Shown: positions 9,088-19,571, counted from the stretch's first letter. The stretch is DNA of 64,000 nucleotides from a virus (IMGVR_UViG_3300010885_031309); one strand, 5' to 3'. Translations and numbers: made by a program. Notes: generated by a model from the letters alone, not told the origin.

Positions 9088-9504
9088 ATGAATGAAATTG
9101 TAGATAGCTCAGCGGGCACAGTGTCTGAATGGAATGATGAACAATGGGCAAATTTCAAGTACTGGCTGAAAAATTTGCTACACAATGAGATTGTAGAGTT
9201 GGTTTTTATCAAAAGTGATGGAACTCAGCGAGTAATGAAGTGTACGCTTGATGCTCTAATACTAACTTCTGGTGTAATGCTGTTAGAAGAAAAGCGAGTC
9301 AGTAAGTCAGAAACTACTGGTCAATCTGAGCCAAAAAAGTCTCGTCCTAAACCAAGAGAAAACAAAGAAAATATCACAGTGTGGGATGTAGAAGCTGAAG
9401 ACTGGCGTAGTTTTAAAGTCCGCAGTCTAACGAATATTTTGACGCTAATTATTAAATATGATTATCGTGAGCCTAGCGTAGACGAATTTGAGGTAGCATT
9501 CTAA
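9088..9504 (+). CDS. DUF2693/WYL-like (SH3-fold) phage protein
   Basis: VELVFIKSDGTQRVMKCTL...VWDVEAEDWRSF. Confidence 0.6.
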   Translation: MNEIVDSSAGTVSEWNDEQWANFKYWLKNLLHNEIVELVFIKSDGTQRVMKCTLDALILTSGVMLLEEKRVSKSETTGQSEPKKSRPKPRENKENITVWDVEAEDWRSFKVRSLTNILTLIIKYDYREPSVDEFEVAF

Positions 9505-10133
9505 TGAAACAAGAACTAGATAAACAACTTTGTGAAAAGTATCCAAAGATTTTTGTGAATCGTCACGCGGATATGCGCGTCACAGCTATGTGCTGGGGGT
9601 TCGAGCACGGTCCCGGATGGTACAATATTATTGATCGACTGTGCTCGAATATTCAAGGGCATATTGACTATTCACGAAAAGAACGAGCCCGTGTATTGAG
9701 ATACAATCGTGCATTGAAACGTGCATTGAATGGTGATGTAGCTGCGCTAGAACGGTATTACATGTATCCTGGTAATAAGAAATGGACTAAGTGGGCTGAA
9801 GAACGTACAGCAGAGGACCTATTGAAGCCTGTATTCAAGACCGTTCCTGAAGCTGTTCCACAAGTTGTTGCCGAACAAGTAAAAGAAAAGTTCGGTGGTC
9901 TACGTTTTTATTACCGTGGCGGCAATGATGTTATTGACGGTATGCTTCAAATGGCAGAATCTATGTCATATGTAACTTGTGAAGAATGCGGCAGCCCTGC
10001 TAAATCTACTACAGACGGTTGGATTGTTACAAACTGTCAATCATGTACTGATTCACGCGAAGAACGTAGACAAAGAGAACTAGCTGAATATAACGATAAA
10101 CACAAGGCTGAATACGAAAAAACAAATCAGTAG
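9504..10133 (+). CDS. Conserved phage hypothetical protein with C-terminal Zn-ribbon
   Basis: GWYNII...QVKEKFGGLRFY...CEECG...NCQSC. Confidence 0.65.
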   Translation: MKQELDKQLCEKYPKIFVNRHADMRVTAMCWGFEHGPGWYNIIDRLCSNIQGHIDYSRKERARVLRYNRALKRALNGDVAALERYYMYPGNKKWTKWAEERTAEDLLKPVFKTVPEAVPQVVAEQVKEKFGGLRFYYRGGNDVIDGMLQMAESMSYVTCEECGSPAKSTTDGWIVTNCQSCTDSREERRQRELAEYNDKHKAEYEKTNQ

Positions 10134-10159
10134 CACTCTTGGTCAAAGCTATCATGTAG

Positions 10160-10188
10160 TTGACAATAATTCTAACAAGTGTTATACT
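10160..10188 (+). promoter_or_regulatory. sigma70-type early promoter for DNA ligase
   Basis: TTGACA-17-TATACT. Confidence 0.8.
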
Positions 10189-10213
10189 CTAATCTTAATA
10201 TATAGGAGTAATC

Positions 10214-11539
10214 ATGCCTGCACAATGGATTGAACGACTAAATGCTTCAGATAGTCGTCTACATAAAGAAGATGTACTTAAGCAGGCTCTGACTGCTGCC
10301 ACACTGGGTGATTATGGAAGTCAAGTGTTTCTTGGTCTTACAAACGCGGCATATAATCCAATGATTACTTGGGGAATCAAGCAAGTACCCAACACGGTTG
10401 GAATTGTTGATGCGGAAAACCCATGGGATGACTTCAATGCTCTACTGAATGATCTTAGATTGCGTGTACTCACGGGTAACGCGGCACGAGACGCTATCTC
10501 AAGTATGAGTCAGCGTTTCAACAGTAATGATTGGAACGATTTTTGTGCAGCAGTTCTACGCAAAGACTTGCGCTCTGGAATCAGTGATAAAACTATCAAT
10601 AAAGTTTGTAAGGGCACTAATTATCAAGTTCCGGTGTTCTCTTGTCAATTGGCAACCAGTTGTGAGGATCGCCCAGAAATGCGCGGTCCAAAGCGTCTTG
10701 AGCCTAAACTGGATGGTGTTCGCGTACTCATGCTATGTACTATTAGTGATGATGGCGGCCGATTGGTCACTAGCTACAGTAGAAATGGAAAAGTATTTGA
10801 AAACTTTGGACATATTGAAGAACAATTGATGTCAGTTATGGAACCGCTATCTGTTAAGACTGGTTGTACTAGCTTTGTGCTGGATGGAGAGGTTGTAGGA
10901 AATACATTTCAAGAATTGATGAAGCAAGCCAGACGCAAAGAAAATGTTCAGGCTACTGATAGTACATTTCATGTGTTTGACTTTATTCCACTCACAGACT
11001 TTATTAATGGATACTGGAACGCTAAGCTTAGCAAGCGACTGCTAGTTTTGGAAAAAATTCGCAGCGTTATTGAAAATCTCACAAGTGTAAAATTACTATC
11101 GCATATCAAGGTTGATCTTGATACTGCATCTGGACGAGAACAGTTAGACCGTTATGCCAATGATTGCGTTGCTCAAGGATTTGAAGGAATCATGATCAAA
11201 AATCTTGATGCTCCTTATGAGTGTAAACGCAACACATTCTGGCTAAAATGGAAACCTACCATTACTGTAGATCTGAAAGTAATTGACATTGAAGAGGGAA
11301 CTGGTAGAAATATTGATCGTATGGGAGCATTGGTATGTTCTGGAACTGATCAAGATAAACAGATTTCGGTAAATGTCGGTAGTGGTTTTAGCGATGAGCA
11401 GCGACATGATTTTTGGATCAATCGTAATTTTGTAATTGGTCAAACGGCCGAGATTCTTGCTGATGCTGTAACAAGAAATCAGGATGGTACATATTCACTT
11501 CGGTTTCCCCGTTTTTTTAGATTTCGTGAGGATAAATGA
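10214..11539 (+). CDS. ATP-dependent DNA ligase
   Basis: EPKLDGVR (motif I), SRNGK, LDGE, FDFI, EGIMIK, WLKWK, VGSGFS, SLRFPRF. Confidence 0.93.
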   Translation: MPAQWIERLNASDSRLHKEDVLKQALTAATLGDYGSQVFLGLTNAAYNPMITWGIKQVPNTVGIVDAENPWDDFNALLNDLRLRVLTGNAARDAISSMSQRFNSNDWNDFCAAVLRKDLRSGISDKTINKVCKGTNYQVPVFSCQLATSCEDRPEMRGPKRLEPKLDGVRVLMLCTISDDGGRLVTSYSRNGKVFENFGHIEEQLMSVMEPLSVKTGCTSFVLDGEVVGNTFQELMKQARRKENVQATDSTFHVFDFIPLTDFINGYWNAKLSKRLLVLEKIRSVIENLTSVKLLSHIKVDLDTASGREQLDRYANDCVAQGFEGIMIKNLDAPYECKRNTFWLKWKPTITVDLKVIDIEEGTGRNIDRMGALVCSGTDQDKQISVNVGSGFSDEQRHDFWINRNFVIGQTAEILADAVTRNQDGTYSLRFPRFFRFREDK

Positions 11540-11784
11540 TGCATAATCGTAATGGTGTTGAATACAGTTTTGAAAAGGTAGGTAAGAATACTTACACTAT
11601 CAAGGGCGCTCTTGAGTATTGGCGATATGGTGGTCAGGAAGGTCAGGATAGAATTGACTACAATAATCTAGGATTTGTTGATCCCAGCGGCGGCCCTTTC
11701 ATCAGTGTGGGATATCCAATTGATGGACGCAAAGTTGTTCGTATCAGTATGGCAGAAGATCAGCTACACTTTGAGGTAGAATAA
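11536..11784 (+). CDS. Hypothetical protein
   Basis: Coupled to ligase stop. Confidence 0.55.
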   Translation: MMHNRNGVEYSFEKVGKNTYTIKGALEYWRYGGQEGQDRIDYNNLGFVDPSGGPFISVGYPIDGRKVVRISMAEDQLHFEVE

Positions 11785-11880
11785 TGAAACTAATAAATGA
11801 TAAGTCAAAGACTTATCCAAATATATTGAAGTTAAATCACTCTATGTTTTATAATTGTGTTTCAATAACGGGAGATTTTA

Positions 11881-12126
11881 GTGAGCAAATTTAATACCTG
11901 GTTAGTAGAAAGTCTGGATCTTTTGAATAAGATTTTAGCTGGAATATTCCTAGCACTAGGAACATTCAAGTTTATTGATACTGTAGCAGACAATTTAATT
12001 GGTGCGGTGTTTGAGTCATTGACTATTGTGGGTGTTGGAATTCTAACTTGCGGATACATTGCACTAATGATTAACATTAATAACAATGTAGAAGCAATTC
12101 GCAATAAAATTCATGGAAGTGAGTAA
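11881..12126 (+). CDS. Small two-TM membrane protein
   Basis: Two hydrophobic segments; GGAG RBS. Confidence 0.55.
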   Translation: MSKFNTWLVESLDLLNKILAGIFLALGTFKFIDTVADNLIGAVFESLTIVGVGILTCGYIALMININNNVEAIRNKIHGSE

Positions 12127-12418
12127 TAAAATGCCATTATTCGTAGTTGAAACAATTCAAACATTTCGCCATCGGTATGTAGTAGAATGCAAGTCATTGG
12201 ATCATGCGTATGATACAGTGGCAATGGAGGAGGCAGATGAATTTAGTCAAATGCATCTAGGTGAACAGATCGTCACTGGTCGTGAGATTACTCAGGAACA
12301 ATTTCATGCTATGAACGAATCACTGAAAATTCACGGTGACGGAACACATTATCGGCCAGAACGTGGCAGTCCATGGATGGGTGAAAAGATGATTCACGTG
12401 GTAGAGTATGATCAATGA
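12113..12418 (+). CDS. Hypothetical protein (likely start 12130 MPLFVVET)
   Basis: ORF in operon. Confidence 0.55.
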   Translation: MEVSNKMPLFVVETIQTFRHRYVVECKSLDHAYDTVAMEEADEFSQMHLGEQIVTGREITQEQFHAMNESLKIHGDGTHYRPERGSPWMGEKMIHVVEYDQ

Positions 12419-12520
12419 CTGAGAAATCGTTGAACTTGAAATGATTGTCAAGTACATCAGGCAAATAATTGATGTAGTTGATCCAAAGAAAATTGTTGAA
12501 ATTCTAGCGAGGTAACCATA

Positions 12521-12757
12521 ATGGGACAATATAGATCTATTACAGTAGAAGCAGAAGTTAATCTGGATGAGTTTGACACGGAAGACCTAATTGAAGAACT
12601 AGAAAGTCGCGGCGTGGACTACAACACTAAAGGTGTTGATGCCTATGAAATGCGTGAACTTCTAGAGCAGATTTGGCTAAAGCGCCGAAATGGTCGCACT
12701 GACTACCAGCGTGACTTGGATGATTTGATTTGGGGCGTTTTGGGAAAAATGGCGTGA
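12521..12757 (+). CDS. Hypothetical protein
   Basis: GAGG RBS; acidic. Confidence 0.55.
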   Translation: MGQYRSITVEAEVNLDEFDTEDLIEELESRGVDYNTKGVDAYEMRELLEQIWLKRRNGRTDYQRDLDDLIWGVLGKMA

Positions 12758-13212
12758 AGAAAACTTTTTATGAAAAAGTAGGCAACAAGTATGTCCCAGT
12801 CCGAGAATATGACTCGGATTTTTCTTCTGCTTTTCCCGCTGGATCTCATCTTGTTGTAAGTGGTCCAGGCTATGGTCTAACACGATACAATATTGATCCG
12901 GCTTTTGCTCCACTGGTGGCTGCTGGTACTTTTGCCACTGATAAAATCGCCTCTAAGATTTCAGAAGCAAGTAGTTTGCGGCTGAGTAGTGAAATTCGTC
13001 GCGATGAGATTACACTAGAACAACGGTCAGCCTGGGAACATCTAGTGGACGTGTTCGGAGATTCTGCAAAAAGATTGGAGTGGCCTTCTACAATGGAGGC
13101 CGCTGAAGCCGGCGTAAATGCTCTGATTGAAGAAGCTAACAAAAAATTACAACATCCAGAAGTTAAAAAGGCATATGAGCAGTTTCTCCTAGTGTATAGT
13201 CTAGCAAAGTAG
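12730..13212 (+). CDS. Conserved phage hypothetical protein
   Basis: KKTFYEKVGNKYVPVREYD start; probable GTG at 12754. Confidence 0.6.
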   Translation: MGRFGKNGVKKTFYEKVGNKYVPVREYDSDFSSAFPAGSHLVVSGPGYGLTRYNIDPAFAPLVAAGTFATDKIASKISEASSLRLSSEIRRDEITLEQRSAWEHLVDVFGDSAKRLEWPSTMEAAEAGVNALIEEANKKLQHPEVKKAYEQFLLVYSLAK

Positions 13213-13250
13213 TCTAGCGATGCTAGGTATTTTTTCGCTAAATACTGTCT

Positions 13251-14804
13251 ATGATTGAAAAATATTTTTCTTTAAGTACCTTTACTCTACTAGTGGCACT
13301 GTGTATCAGTGCCATTGCCGCTTGGTACAGTGTGGCTGGTCTAGCAACTATATTTGCCGGCGCTGTTGTTCCTATTATTATCATGGGAACAATTCTTGAA
13401 ATCGCGAAAATAACCACTACTGTGTGGTTACATAAGTATTGGAATTACGCTAGTGTAGTAATTAAAACTTATCTTACTGCTGCTGTAATAATACTGGCGT
13501 TTTTGACTAGTATGGGAATATTTGGATTTTTATCAAAATCACATAGTGACACTGGAGTAACCGGCGGTGATGTAGCAGCACAAATTGCAATGCTTGACGA
13601 AAAAATAAAAACACAGCGTGACAATATTGACACTGTACGCCGAGCACTACAGCAAATGGACGATCAGGTAAATCAACGACTGGCGCGCAGTGATAACGAA
13701 CAAGGAGCAGAACGTGCAGTGCAAATTCGCAGGCAACAATCTCCAGAAAGAGCAAAGCTGCAAAAAGAAATCGCAGATGCACAGGCAATCATATCTAAAC
13801 TCAACGAAGAAAGAGCACCTATCGCGGCAAATCAACGAAAAGTTGAAGCGGATATCGGCCCAATAAAATATATAGCTGCTCTAATATATGGTGATAATCC
13901 AGATTCCAACTTATTAGAGCGCTCAGTTCGTTGGGTTATCATAGTCATAGTAATTGTGTTTGATCCGTTGGCAATAATATTGATTCTTGCTGCAAACAGT
14001 AGTCTAAAAATTGACAGTGAGCGAAAAAATAAAACCGAGACAACTGATAGCAGTACTGTTACTACAACAGAAACAGTGACAGTTTCTCAGAAAGAGATAG
14101 AAATCTCAGCGGTTTCAGAAGAAATCTTAGATGACAAAGTTAAATCAACGAACAATTTTAATCTGAGTGATTACCCATATCTGTTCAAAACACCAGAATC
14201 TAGACATCCTCCTGGAGTTGAACCAGTTTTGCCTCAAGTGTATAAAGATACAAAATCAATAGTTGTTACGGACAACACGCTTGATTATGCTCAGGCTCAA
14301 TATGATACCAAGTACACACTAAATCCAACTACGATTAAATTAGAAGAAGTAACCGATGAAACTAATATCAATGATATCAAACAAATTCATGAGACTGATA
14401 GTACAGATGATTTAGTGGAAACAGTTGAAAAACCGCGATTTGATGAAAATCAAGAATATGTACATTTTGATGGGAAACTAACAAGTATCAAAGCTCTCAA
14501 GGAGACTCGTCCTGATTTGATAGTAAAAGATAAAAATAGTTCTATAATAAATTTTGGTTCAAAGTTTCCACAATATGCTTTTAGTGGAGAGTTCTGTATA
14601 AGAACTGACACCAAGCCGCATAAGATGTACAAATTTGAATCTAAGAAATGGGTAAATGTTGATAAAAATGCTGTAACAATCTATTTACAAAATGTTCAGT
14701 ATATAAGATACTTGATCAATCAAATAGAAGCTGGAGAGTATCATCTAGACTATCTAACAGATAGTGAGCAGCATGAAATTACTAATTATCTCAATCGTAA
14801 CTAA
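13251..14804 (+). CDS. Large membrane protein: 3 N-terminal TM helices, coiled coil, further TM, acidic tail
   Basis: Hydropathy pattern; CTAAATA late-promoter-like motif at 13238-13244. Confidence 0.7.
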   Translation: MIEKYFSLSTFTLLVALCISAIAAWYSVAGLATIFAGAVVPIIIMGTILEIAKITTTVWLHKYWNYASVVIKTYLTAAVIILAFLTSMGIFGFLSKSHSDTGVTGGDVAAQIAMLDEKIKTQRDNIDTVRRALQQMDDQVNQRLARSDNEQGAERAVQIRRQQSPERAKLQKEIADAQAIISKLNEERAPIAANQRKVEADIGPIKYIAALIYGDNPDSNLLERSVRWVIIVIVIVFDPLAIILILAANSSLKIDSERKNKTETTDSSTVTTTETVTVSQKEIEISAVSEEILDDKVKSTNNFNLSDYPYLFKTPESRHPPGVEPVLPQVYKDTKSIVVTDNTLDYAQAQYDTKYTLNPTTIKLEEVTDETNINDIKQIHETDSTDDLVETVEKPRFDENQEYVHFDGKLTSIKALKETRPDLIVKDKNSSIINFGSKFPQYAFSGEFCIRTDTKPHKMYKFESKKWVNVDKNAVTIYLQNVQYIRYLINQIEAGEYHLDYLTDSEQHEITNYLNRN

Positions 14805-14828
14805 ATATCTATATAATAAATCAAATTC

Positions 14829-16040
14829 ATGTCAGAAGTAATTCATTTTCAAGAATGTTCATTTTGTGGGAAACACAAAAGTGTAGTAAAAAAACTAATA
14901 GTTGGAGACGGAACTGCTATTTGTAGTGACTGTGTTGAACTTTGTAATAGTCTCTTACTAGAAGAGAATGATTCTATTTCAAGTGTAGACAACGAAAAAA
15001 CCAGTTTGTATCCAGATAATATTAAATCATATTTGGATCAATATATTATTGGACAAGATCGTGCCAAGATGATTCTTAGCGTGGCGGTCAGTAATCATTA
15101 CAAAAGAATTAAAAATAAAGAATCAACTATAAAAATTCAAAAAAGCAATGTATTGATTCTAGGCCCAACTGGAGGCGGCAAAACATTGTTGGCAAAAACC
15201 GTAGCCAATTATCTGGATGTACCGTTTGTTGTGGCCGATGCAACAAGTCTTACTGAGGCCGGGTATGTAGGAGACGATGTTGAATCAATGATTGTTAGAC
15301 TGTTGGCGGCAGCAGATGGTGACATTGAAAAAGCACAATGTGGAATTGTATTTATTGATGAGATAGATAAGATTGCTCGTAAAAGCGAAAGTGCTAGTAT
15401 TACTAGAGATGTTTCTGGCGAGGGTGTACAACAGGCTCTACTCAAGCTGGTTGAAGGAACAGTTTGTCGTATTCCTCAAAGCGGTAAAAGAAAGAATCCA
15501 AACAATGACATGATAGAAATAGACACAAGCAATATTTTGTTTATATCTGGTGGTGCATTTGTTGGATTAAATGAAATTATTGCAAAAAGAGTTGATGGAA
15601 ATAGTATTGGATTTGAAGCAAAAATTCAAACACACAAAGATGAGATTGATTATTTGAGTCTAACTACCCCTGATGATCTTACTAAATTCGGAATGATACC
15701 AGAATTTACGGGAAGATTTACCAGTAGAGTTGCTATTAGTCAGTTAACCAAAGAACAATTAATTCAAATCTTGTTGAATGTTAAAAACAGTTACATAGAG
15801 CAGTATCAATATTTGTTTCAACTTGACGGAATTAAATTACTGTTTGACAGCAGTGCAATAGAAATCATAGCGGAAAATTGTCTTGCTCTAAAGACTGGCG
15901 CTCGTGGCTTGCACAGTGAAATAGAAAGAGTATTATTACCACATATGTTTAACATTCAAAGTTATTTGAAGCAAGATATCAAAAGCATAAATATTACAGC
16001 ACAATTGGTAAATGAACCAAAATGTTTATTGGAGAAATAA
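14829..16040 (+). CDS. clpX: ATP-dependent Clp protease ATP-binding subunit ClpX
   Basis: CSFCGK...ICSDCVELC zinc finger, GPTGGGKT Walker A, FIDEIDKI Walker [18 protein letters not shown] loop, TGARGL. Confidence 0.96.
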   Translation: MSEVIHFQECSFCGKHKSVVKKLIVGDGTAICSDCVELCNSLLLEENDSISSVDNEKTSLYPDNIKSYLDQYIIGQDRAKMILSVAVSNHYKRIKNKESTIKIQKSNVLILGPTGGGKTLLAKTVANYLDVPFVVADATSLTEAGYVGDDVESMIVRLLAAADGDIEKAQCGIVFIDEIDKIARKSESASITRDVSGEGVQQALLKLVEGTVCRIPQSGKRKNPNNDMIEIDTSNILFISGGAFVGLNEIIAKRVDGNSIGFEAKIQTHKDEIDYLSLTTPDDLTKFGMIPEFTGRFTSRVAISQLTKEQLIQILLNVKNSYIEQYQYLFQLDGIKLLFDSSAIEIIAENCLALKTGARGLHSEIERVLLPHMFNIQSYLKQDIKSINITAQLVNEPKCLLEK

Positions 16041-16246
16041 TGAAAGTAGTTAATACAAAGGATAATTTTGACCAGGCAATGCGTAAGTTTAAGAAGAAAG
16101 TAATTGACAGCGGATTACTTCAAACTTTGCGTGACCGTGAGTTTTATGTTAAACCAAGCATTGCCAAGAAAATTGCAAAGGGCAAAGCGGTTAATCGTTG
16201 GAAAAAATATCTGCAAAGTCAAGAGCTTCCAAAGAAGATGTTTTGA
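16022..16246 (+). CDS. rpsU: Ribosomal protein bS21
   Basis: FDQAMRKFKKKV...GLL..LRDREFYVKPS..KK..K.KA..R; likely start at ATG 16040. Confidence 0.88.
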   Translation: MFIGEIMKVVNTKDNFDQAMRKFKKKVIDSGLLQTLRDREFYVKPSIAKKIAKGKAVNRWKKYLQSQELPKKMF

Positions 16247-16282
16247 TACCAAAATACTTGTATTTTTTGCGTAAAACTGTAT

Positions 16283-16391
16283 CATAAATATACAAGTTAG
16301 CAGAATGGTTCTGTTAACTATCTCAGTAACGCCTATTACAGGGTTACAAATTAAATGTCATAACTTGCTTATATGAAAGGAGAAAACAATG
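16283..16391 (+). promoter_or_regulatory. Late promoter (CATAAATA), 5' hairpin and ROSE-like RNA thermometer of hsp20
   Basis: Hairpin 16295-16319; CTTGCTT (16364-16370) pairs with SD AAGGAG (16377-16382) with a bulged G, the ROSE UUGCU hallmark. Confidence 0.6.
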
Positions 16392-16823
16392 ACAAATCTT
16401 CAACTTCGTTCTATTGATATTCCTCAGTTACATCGTGTCGGTGTAGGTTTTGATCGTGTATTTGATCATTTTGACGAAATGCTTCGTGCAAATCAAACTA
16501 ATTATCCCCCGTTTAATATCGTTAAGACTGATGAGAATAATTGGTTGATTGAAATTGCAGTTGCTGGGTTCAAACAGGGTGATATCAATATCACTGTCAA
16601 AGATCAGCAGCTAACTATAGAGGGCAAACAAGTAACAGAAGAAAATCGTGACTATGTTCATCGTGGATTGAGTAGTCGCGACTTTATTCGTAGCTGGACT
16701 CTTGCAGAGTATGTAGAAGTTCGTGATGCTTTTCAAGAGAATGGAATACTCAGTCTACATTTAGAGCGTGTGATTCCAGAGAATAAGAAGCCTCGTTCTA
16801 TTGCTATTACTTACATTAAATAA
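16389..16823 (+). CDS. ibpA: Small heat shock protein Hsp20 (IbpA-like)
   Basis: YPPFNIVK...IEIAVAGF...LTIEG...YVHRGLSSRDF.RSWTLAEYVEV..A..ENGILSLHLER.IPE.KKPRSI.I. Confidence 0.93.
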   Translation: MTNLQLRSIDIPQLHRVGVGFDRVFDHFDEMLRANQTNYPPFNIVKTDENNWLIEIAVAGFKQGDINITVKDQQLTIEGKQVTEENRDYVHRGLSSRDFIRSWTLAEYVEVRDAFQENGILSLHLERVIPENKKPRSIAITYIK

Positions 16824-16828
16824 TATAA

Positions 16829-16865
16829 TATAAATACACAGTAGAGAGAATGGTTCTCTCTACTG
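16829..16865 (+). promoter_or_regulatory. T4-type late promoter TATAAATA followed by a 12-bp hairpin
   Basis: TATAAATA 16829-16836; cagtagagagaa-tgg-ttctctctactg. Confidence 0.7.
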
Positions 16866-16881
16866 CACATAGGACTACAAC

Positions 16882-17187
16882 ATGGCAAATACCGATACCA
16901 AGACAAAAATTAAACCAAATCTAAAAATCTCTGAACCATCAATGTTCAAAGTTATCTATGTGAATGATGATGTTACAACAATGGAATTTGTAGTAGAGAG
17001 TCTAATGCAACACTTTGATTACTCATCCACTACGGCACTTGAAGTAACAGAAAATATTCACGCTAGTGGAAGTGCAGTAGTTGCAGTACTACCGTATGAA
17101 ATTGCTGAACAAAAAGGGATTGAAGTAACACTAGATGCAAGAAATCAAGGTTACCCGCTTCAAATTAAAATTGAAAGCGAAGCTTAA
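16882..17187 (+). CDS. clpS: ClpS adaptor protein (copy 1)
   Basis: PSMFKVIYVNDDVTTMEFVVESL..HF...A...T..IH..GSAVVAV.PYEIAEQK...YPL. Confidence 0.92.
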   Translation: MANTDTKTKIKPNLKISEPSMFKVIYVNDDVTTMEFVVESLMQHFDYSSTTALEVTENIHASGSAVVAVLPYEIAEQKGIEVTLDARNQGYPLQIKIESEA

Positions 17188-17882
17188 ATTTCAATTCTTT
17201 TTGGCCAATAGGGCTGTCCGGCTACATATGGATTATTAACATATCGTCTATTATTGAGCTTTATGTCAACACTTAATTCAGAGCCGCCAAACAGCCAATT
17301 TTTTACTTTACTTGTTTGATCACTGACTAAAGCAATTGCCGGATCTATTTTTTCATTTAATAAATGCTCTGAGTGATATAAAAAATCTTCTGCTGGTATA
17401 GAACTGGTAATTGCTACAATCTTTTTTGTCTCTTTGTGTGATTGTAAATTTCTTATTGTGTTGGTCAAATAACCAACATCCTCTACTTTTAACTCAGACA
17501 CTATGGCAACATCATCAATATTTTGAATGTTTGGATTATTTCTGAACCAACCGTTACAAGCAACAAAAGCAACACCATTTAGTACTACTACATGATTATG
17601 TAGAAATACAACATTGTTTATATTGTTACAAATTTCCTTGATGTTTTCTATAGTTTCTTGGTACTCTGATATTATTTCATGCTCAAATGCACCATCAATG
17701 TAAAATACCCCACGATAGTGCTTGCTTAAATGTTCTAGAACTGTTTTTATTTTTTTTATACTATGACTGATGCCCCCACCAATTACGCAGAACAAGCTTG
17801 TTGGCTTGTCAGTCCAATCAAATTCTTGATCCTCGTCTAAGTTAAGGTCACTAATGAAGTCTATAGCCAGCGAGGATTTCAT
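17184..17882 (-). CDS. Degenerate calcineurin-like metallophosphoesterase
   Basis: DFISDLNL, GGIS, YIDGAFEH, WLFGG, NNPY: altered versions of the DxH/GD/GNHE/GHxH motifs. Confidence 0.6.
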   Translation of the reverse strand: MKSSLAIDFISDLNLDEDQEFDWTDKPTSLFCVIGGGISHSIKKIKTVLEHLSKHYRGVFYIDGAFEHEIISEYQETIENIKEICNNINNVVFLHNHVVVLNGVAFVACNGWFRNNPNIQNIDDVAIVSELKVEDVGYLTNTIRNLQSHKETKKIVAITSSIPAEDFLYHSEHLLNEKIDPAIALVSDQTSKVKNWLFGGSELSVDIKLNNRRYVNNPYVAGQPYWPKRIEI

Positions 17883-18235
17883 TATTTTTTAGTCTTTGTT
17901 GTCTTTGACTTTTGTTCCTTCATTGGTTTTGTTTCTGAAGGCTTTTTAGTTGCTGTAGATTTAGCTGCACTTTTTTTAGCGACTGGTACTGGGTTTTGCT
18001 TCACTGATTGCTTTCTTGCTCTTTTTGGCTTATCAGCAACGGGTTTAGCGGGATTTAATTCCAATTTTTTCTTTTCCCATTCATCCAGTGTCAATGCATG
18101 ATATCCAACACACACGCCAGATGGACTTCTGCCACAGCCACACATTTTTGGTTCAGCGGGCCGAATTGGATCTTCTTGTTTTTGTTCTTGCTCTTGTTTT
18201 TTTCCGAACAGCTTCATAAAAAATTCTTTAATCAT
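17882..18235 (-). CDS. CDGSH-like 3Cys-1His motif protein with K/A/T-rich tail
   Basis: CGCGRSPSGVCVGYH; one residue shorter than canonical CDGSH spacing. Confidence 0.5.
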   Translation of the reverse strand: MIKEFFMKLFGKKQEQEQKQEDPIRPAEPKMCGCGRSPSGVCVGYHALTLDEWEKKKLELNPAKPVADKPKRARKQSVKQNPVPVAKKSAAKSTATKKPSETKPMKEQKSKTTKTKK

Positions 18236-18346
18236 TGTATAAACTCCTTATATTAATATTTATTGGTTTTAATACAATCAAATATTTTCTCTAATTGCTT
18301 GCTATTACTAAATCATTAGTGTAGACTACATTAATGGAGACTTTCT

Positions 18347-18955
18347 ATGACAGAAACACAAGAGACTGATATCACTTCTTACTCAGAAGAGTTGAATAAA
18401 GCTGGAATATATATATTCATGAATGAAGTTAACAGTGAAACTGTTAAGCCAGTAGTTGAATGGATACTACATGAAAATTATGTTTCTAAACAAAAGAAAA
18501 AAGAATTATTGTTAATGATATGCAGTCATGGCGGAGATTTGGCGGCTGCTTTTGCACTGATTGATGTAATGCACAACAGCGCTATTCCAATTAAAACTGT
18601 TGGCCTTGGCCAAATTGGAAGTTCTGGTCTGTTGATATTTATGGCTGGCACTCGCGGCAGGCGTATACTAACACCAAACACAAGTATTCTTAGTCATCAA
18701 TTTAGTTGGCACAACGAGGGTAAAGCTCATGAACTTTTTGCTACACTCCGTGAGCTTGAATTAACGCAGACACGCATGATTGATCATTATAGAAAATGCA
18801 CTGGTGCAGATGACAGCACTATAAAAGAATATTTATTGCCCGCACAAGATCGGTGGCTCAGTGCTGAAGAGGCGTTGAATCTTAAAATCTGTGATGCGAT
18901 CAACATGTCAAATCAAGTAATAACTCAATCAACCATTAATAGAAAGGTAAAATAA
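18347..18955 (+). CDS. clpP: ClpP-family protease (divergent subunit)
   Basis: SHGG, GSSG (catalytic Ser), SHQ (His), [10 protein letters not shown] (Asp). Confidence 0.85.
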   Translation: MTETQETDITSYSEELNKAGIYIFMNEVNSETVKPVVEWILHENYVSKQKKKELLLMICSHGGDLAAAFALIDVMHNSAIPIKTVGLGQIGSSGLLIFMAGTRGRRILTPNTSILSHQFSWHNEGKAHELFATLRELELTQTRMIDHYRKCTGADDSTIKEYLLPAQDRWLSAEEALNLKICDAINMSNQVITQSTINRKVK

Positions 18956-18956
18956 A

Positions 18957-19565
18957 ATGGCATTAGTACCAATTGTTATTGAACAAACAAGCAAAGGCGA
19001 GAGAAGCTACGATATATATTCCAGATTATTGCGAGACCGAATCGTCATGCTTACAACAGATGTTAATGAAGTATCGGCAAGTTTAATTGCTGCTCAACTC
19101 TTGTTTCTAGAGAGTGAAGATGATAAAAAGGACATTTACTTTTACATCAATAGTCCCGGAGGTAGTGTCACTGCTGGTCTAAGTATTCTTGACACAATGA
19201 ATTTCATAAGACCAGATATCAGCACCATTGTAATGGGACAAGCATGTAGTATGGGTAGTTTGCTTGCTAGTAGTGGAGCAAAAGGTAAGCGTTATATGTT
19301 ACCTAACAGTCGTCATCTAATTCATCAACCACTTGGCGGAGCCAGTGGGCAAGCAAGTGATATTCAGATCCAGGCAAAAGAAATTCTTCGTATGAAGAAA
19401 CAACTAACCGAGATATATGTACAAAACACAGGCAAGCCTTACGAGCAACTAGAGCGAGACATGGACCGTGATAACATCATGACTCCCGATGAATCAATTG
19501 CTTATGGATTAGCTGATAAGATTATCACCGCTAGAGAGGCGCGCCCAGAGACTTCGTTAATTTGA
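18957..19565 (+). CDS. clpP: ATP-dependent Clp protease proteolytic subunit ClpP
   Basis: [47 protein letters not shown]. Confidence 0.96.
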   Translation: MALVPIVIEQTSKGERSYDIYSRLLRDRIVMLTTDVNEVSASLIAAQLLFLESEDDKKDIYFYINSPGGSVTAGLSILDTMNFIRPDISTIVMGQACSMGSLLASSGAKGKRYMLPNSRHLIHQPLGGASGQASDIQIQAKEILRMKKQLTEIYVQNTGKPYEQLERDMDRDNIMTPDESIAYGLADKIITAREARPETSLI

Positions 19566-19571
19566 TAAATA
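19564..19571 (+). promoter_or_regulatory. Late promoter-like motif
   Basis: GATAAATA ~20 nt before the start at 19593. Confidence 0.5.
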
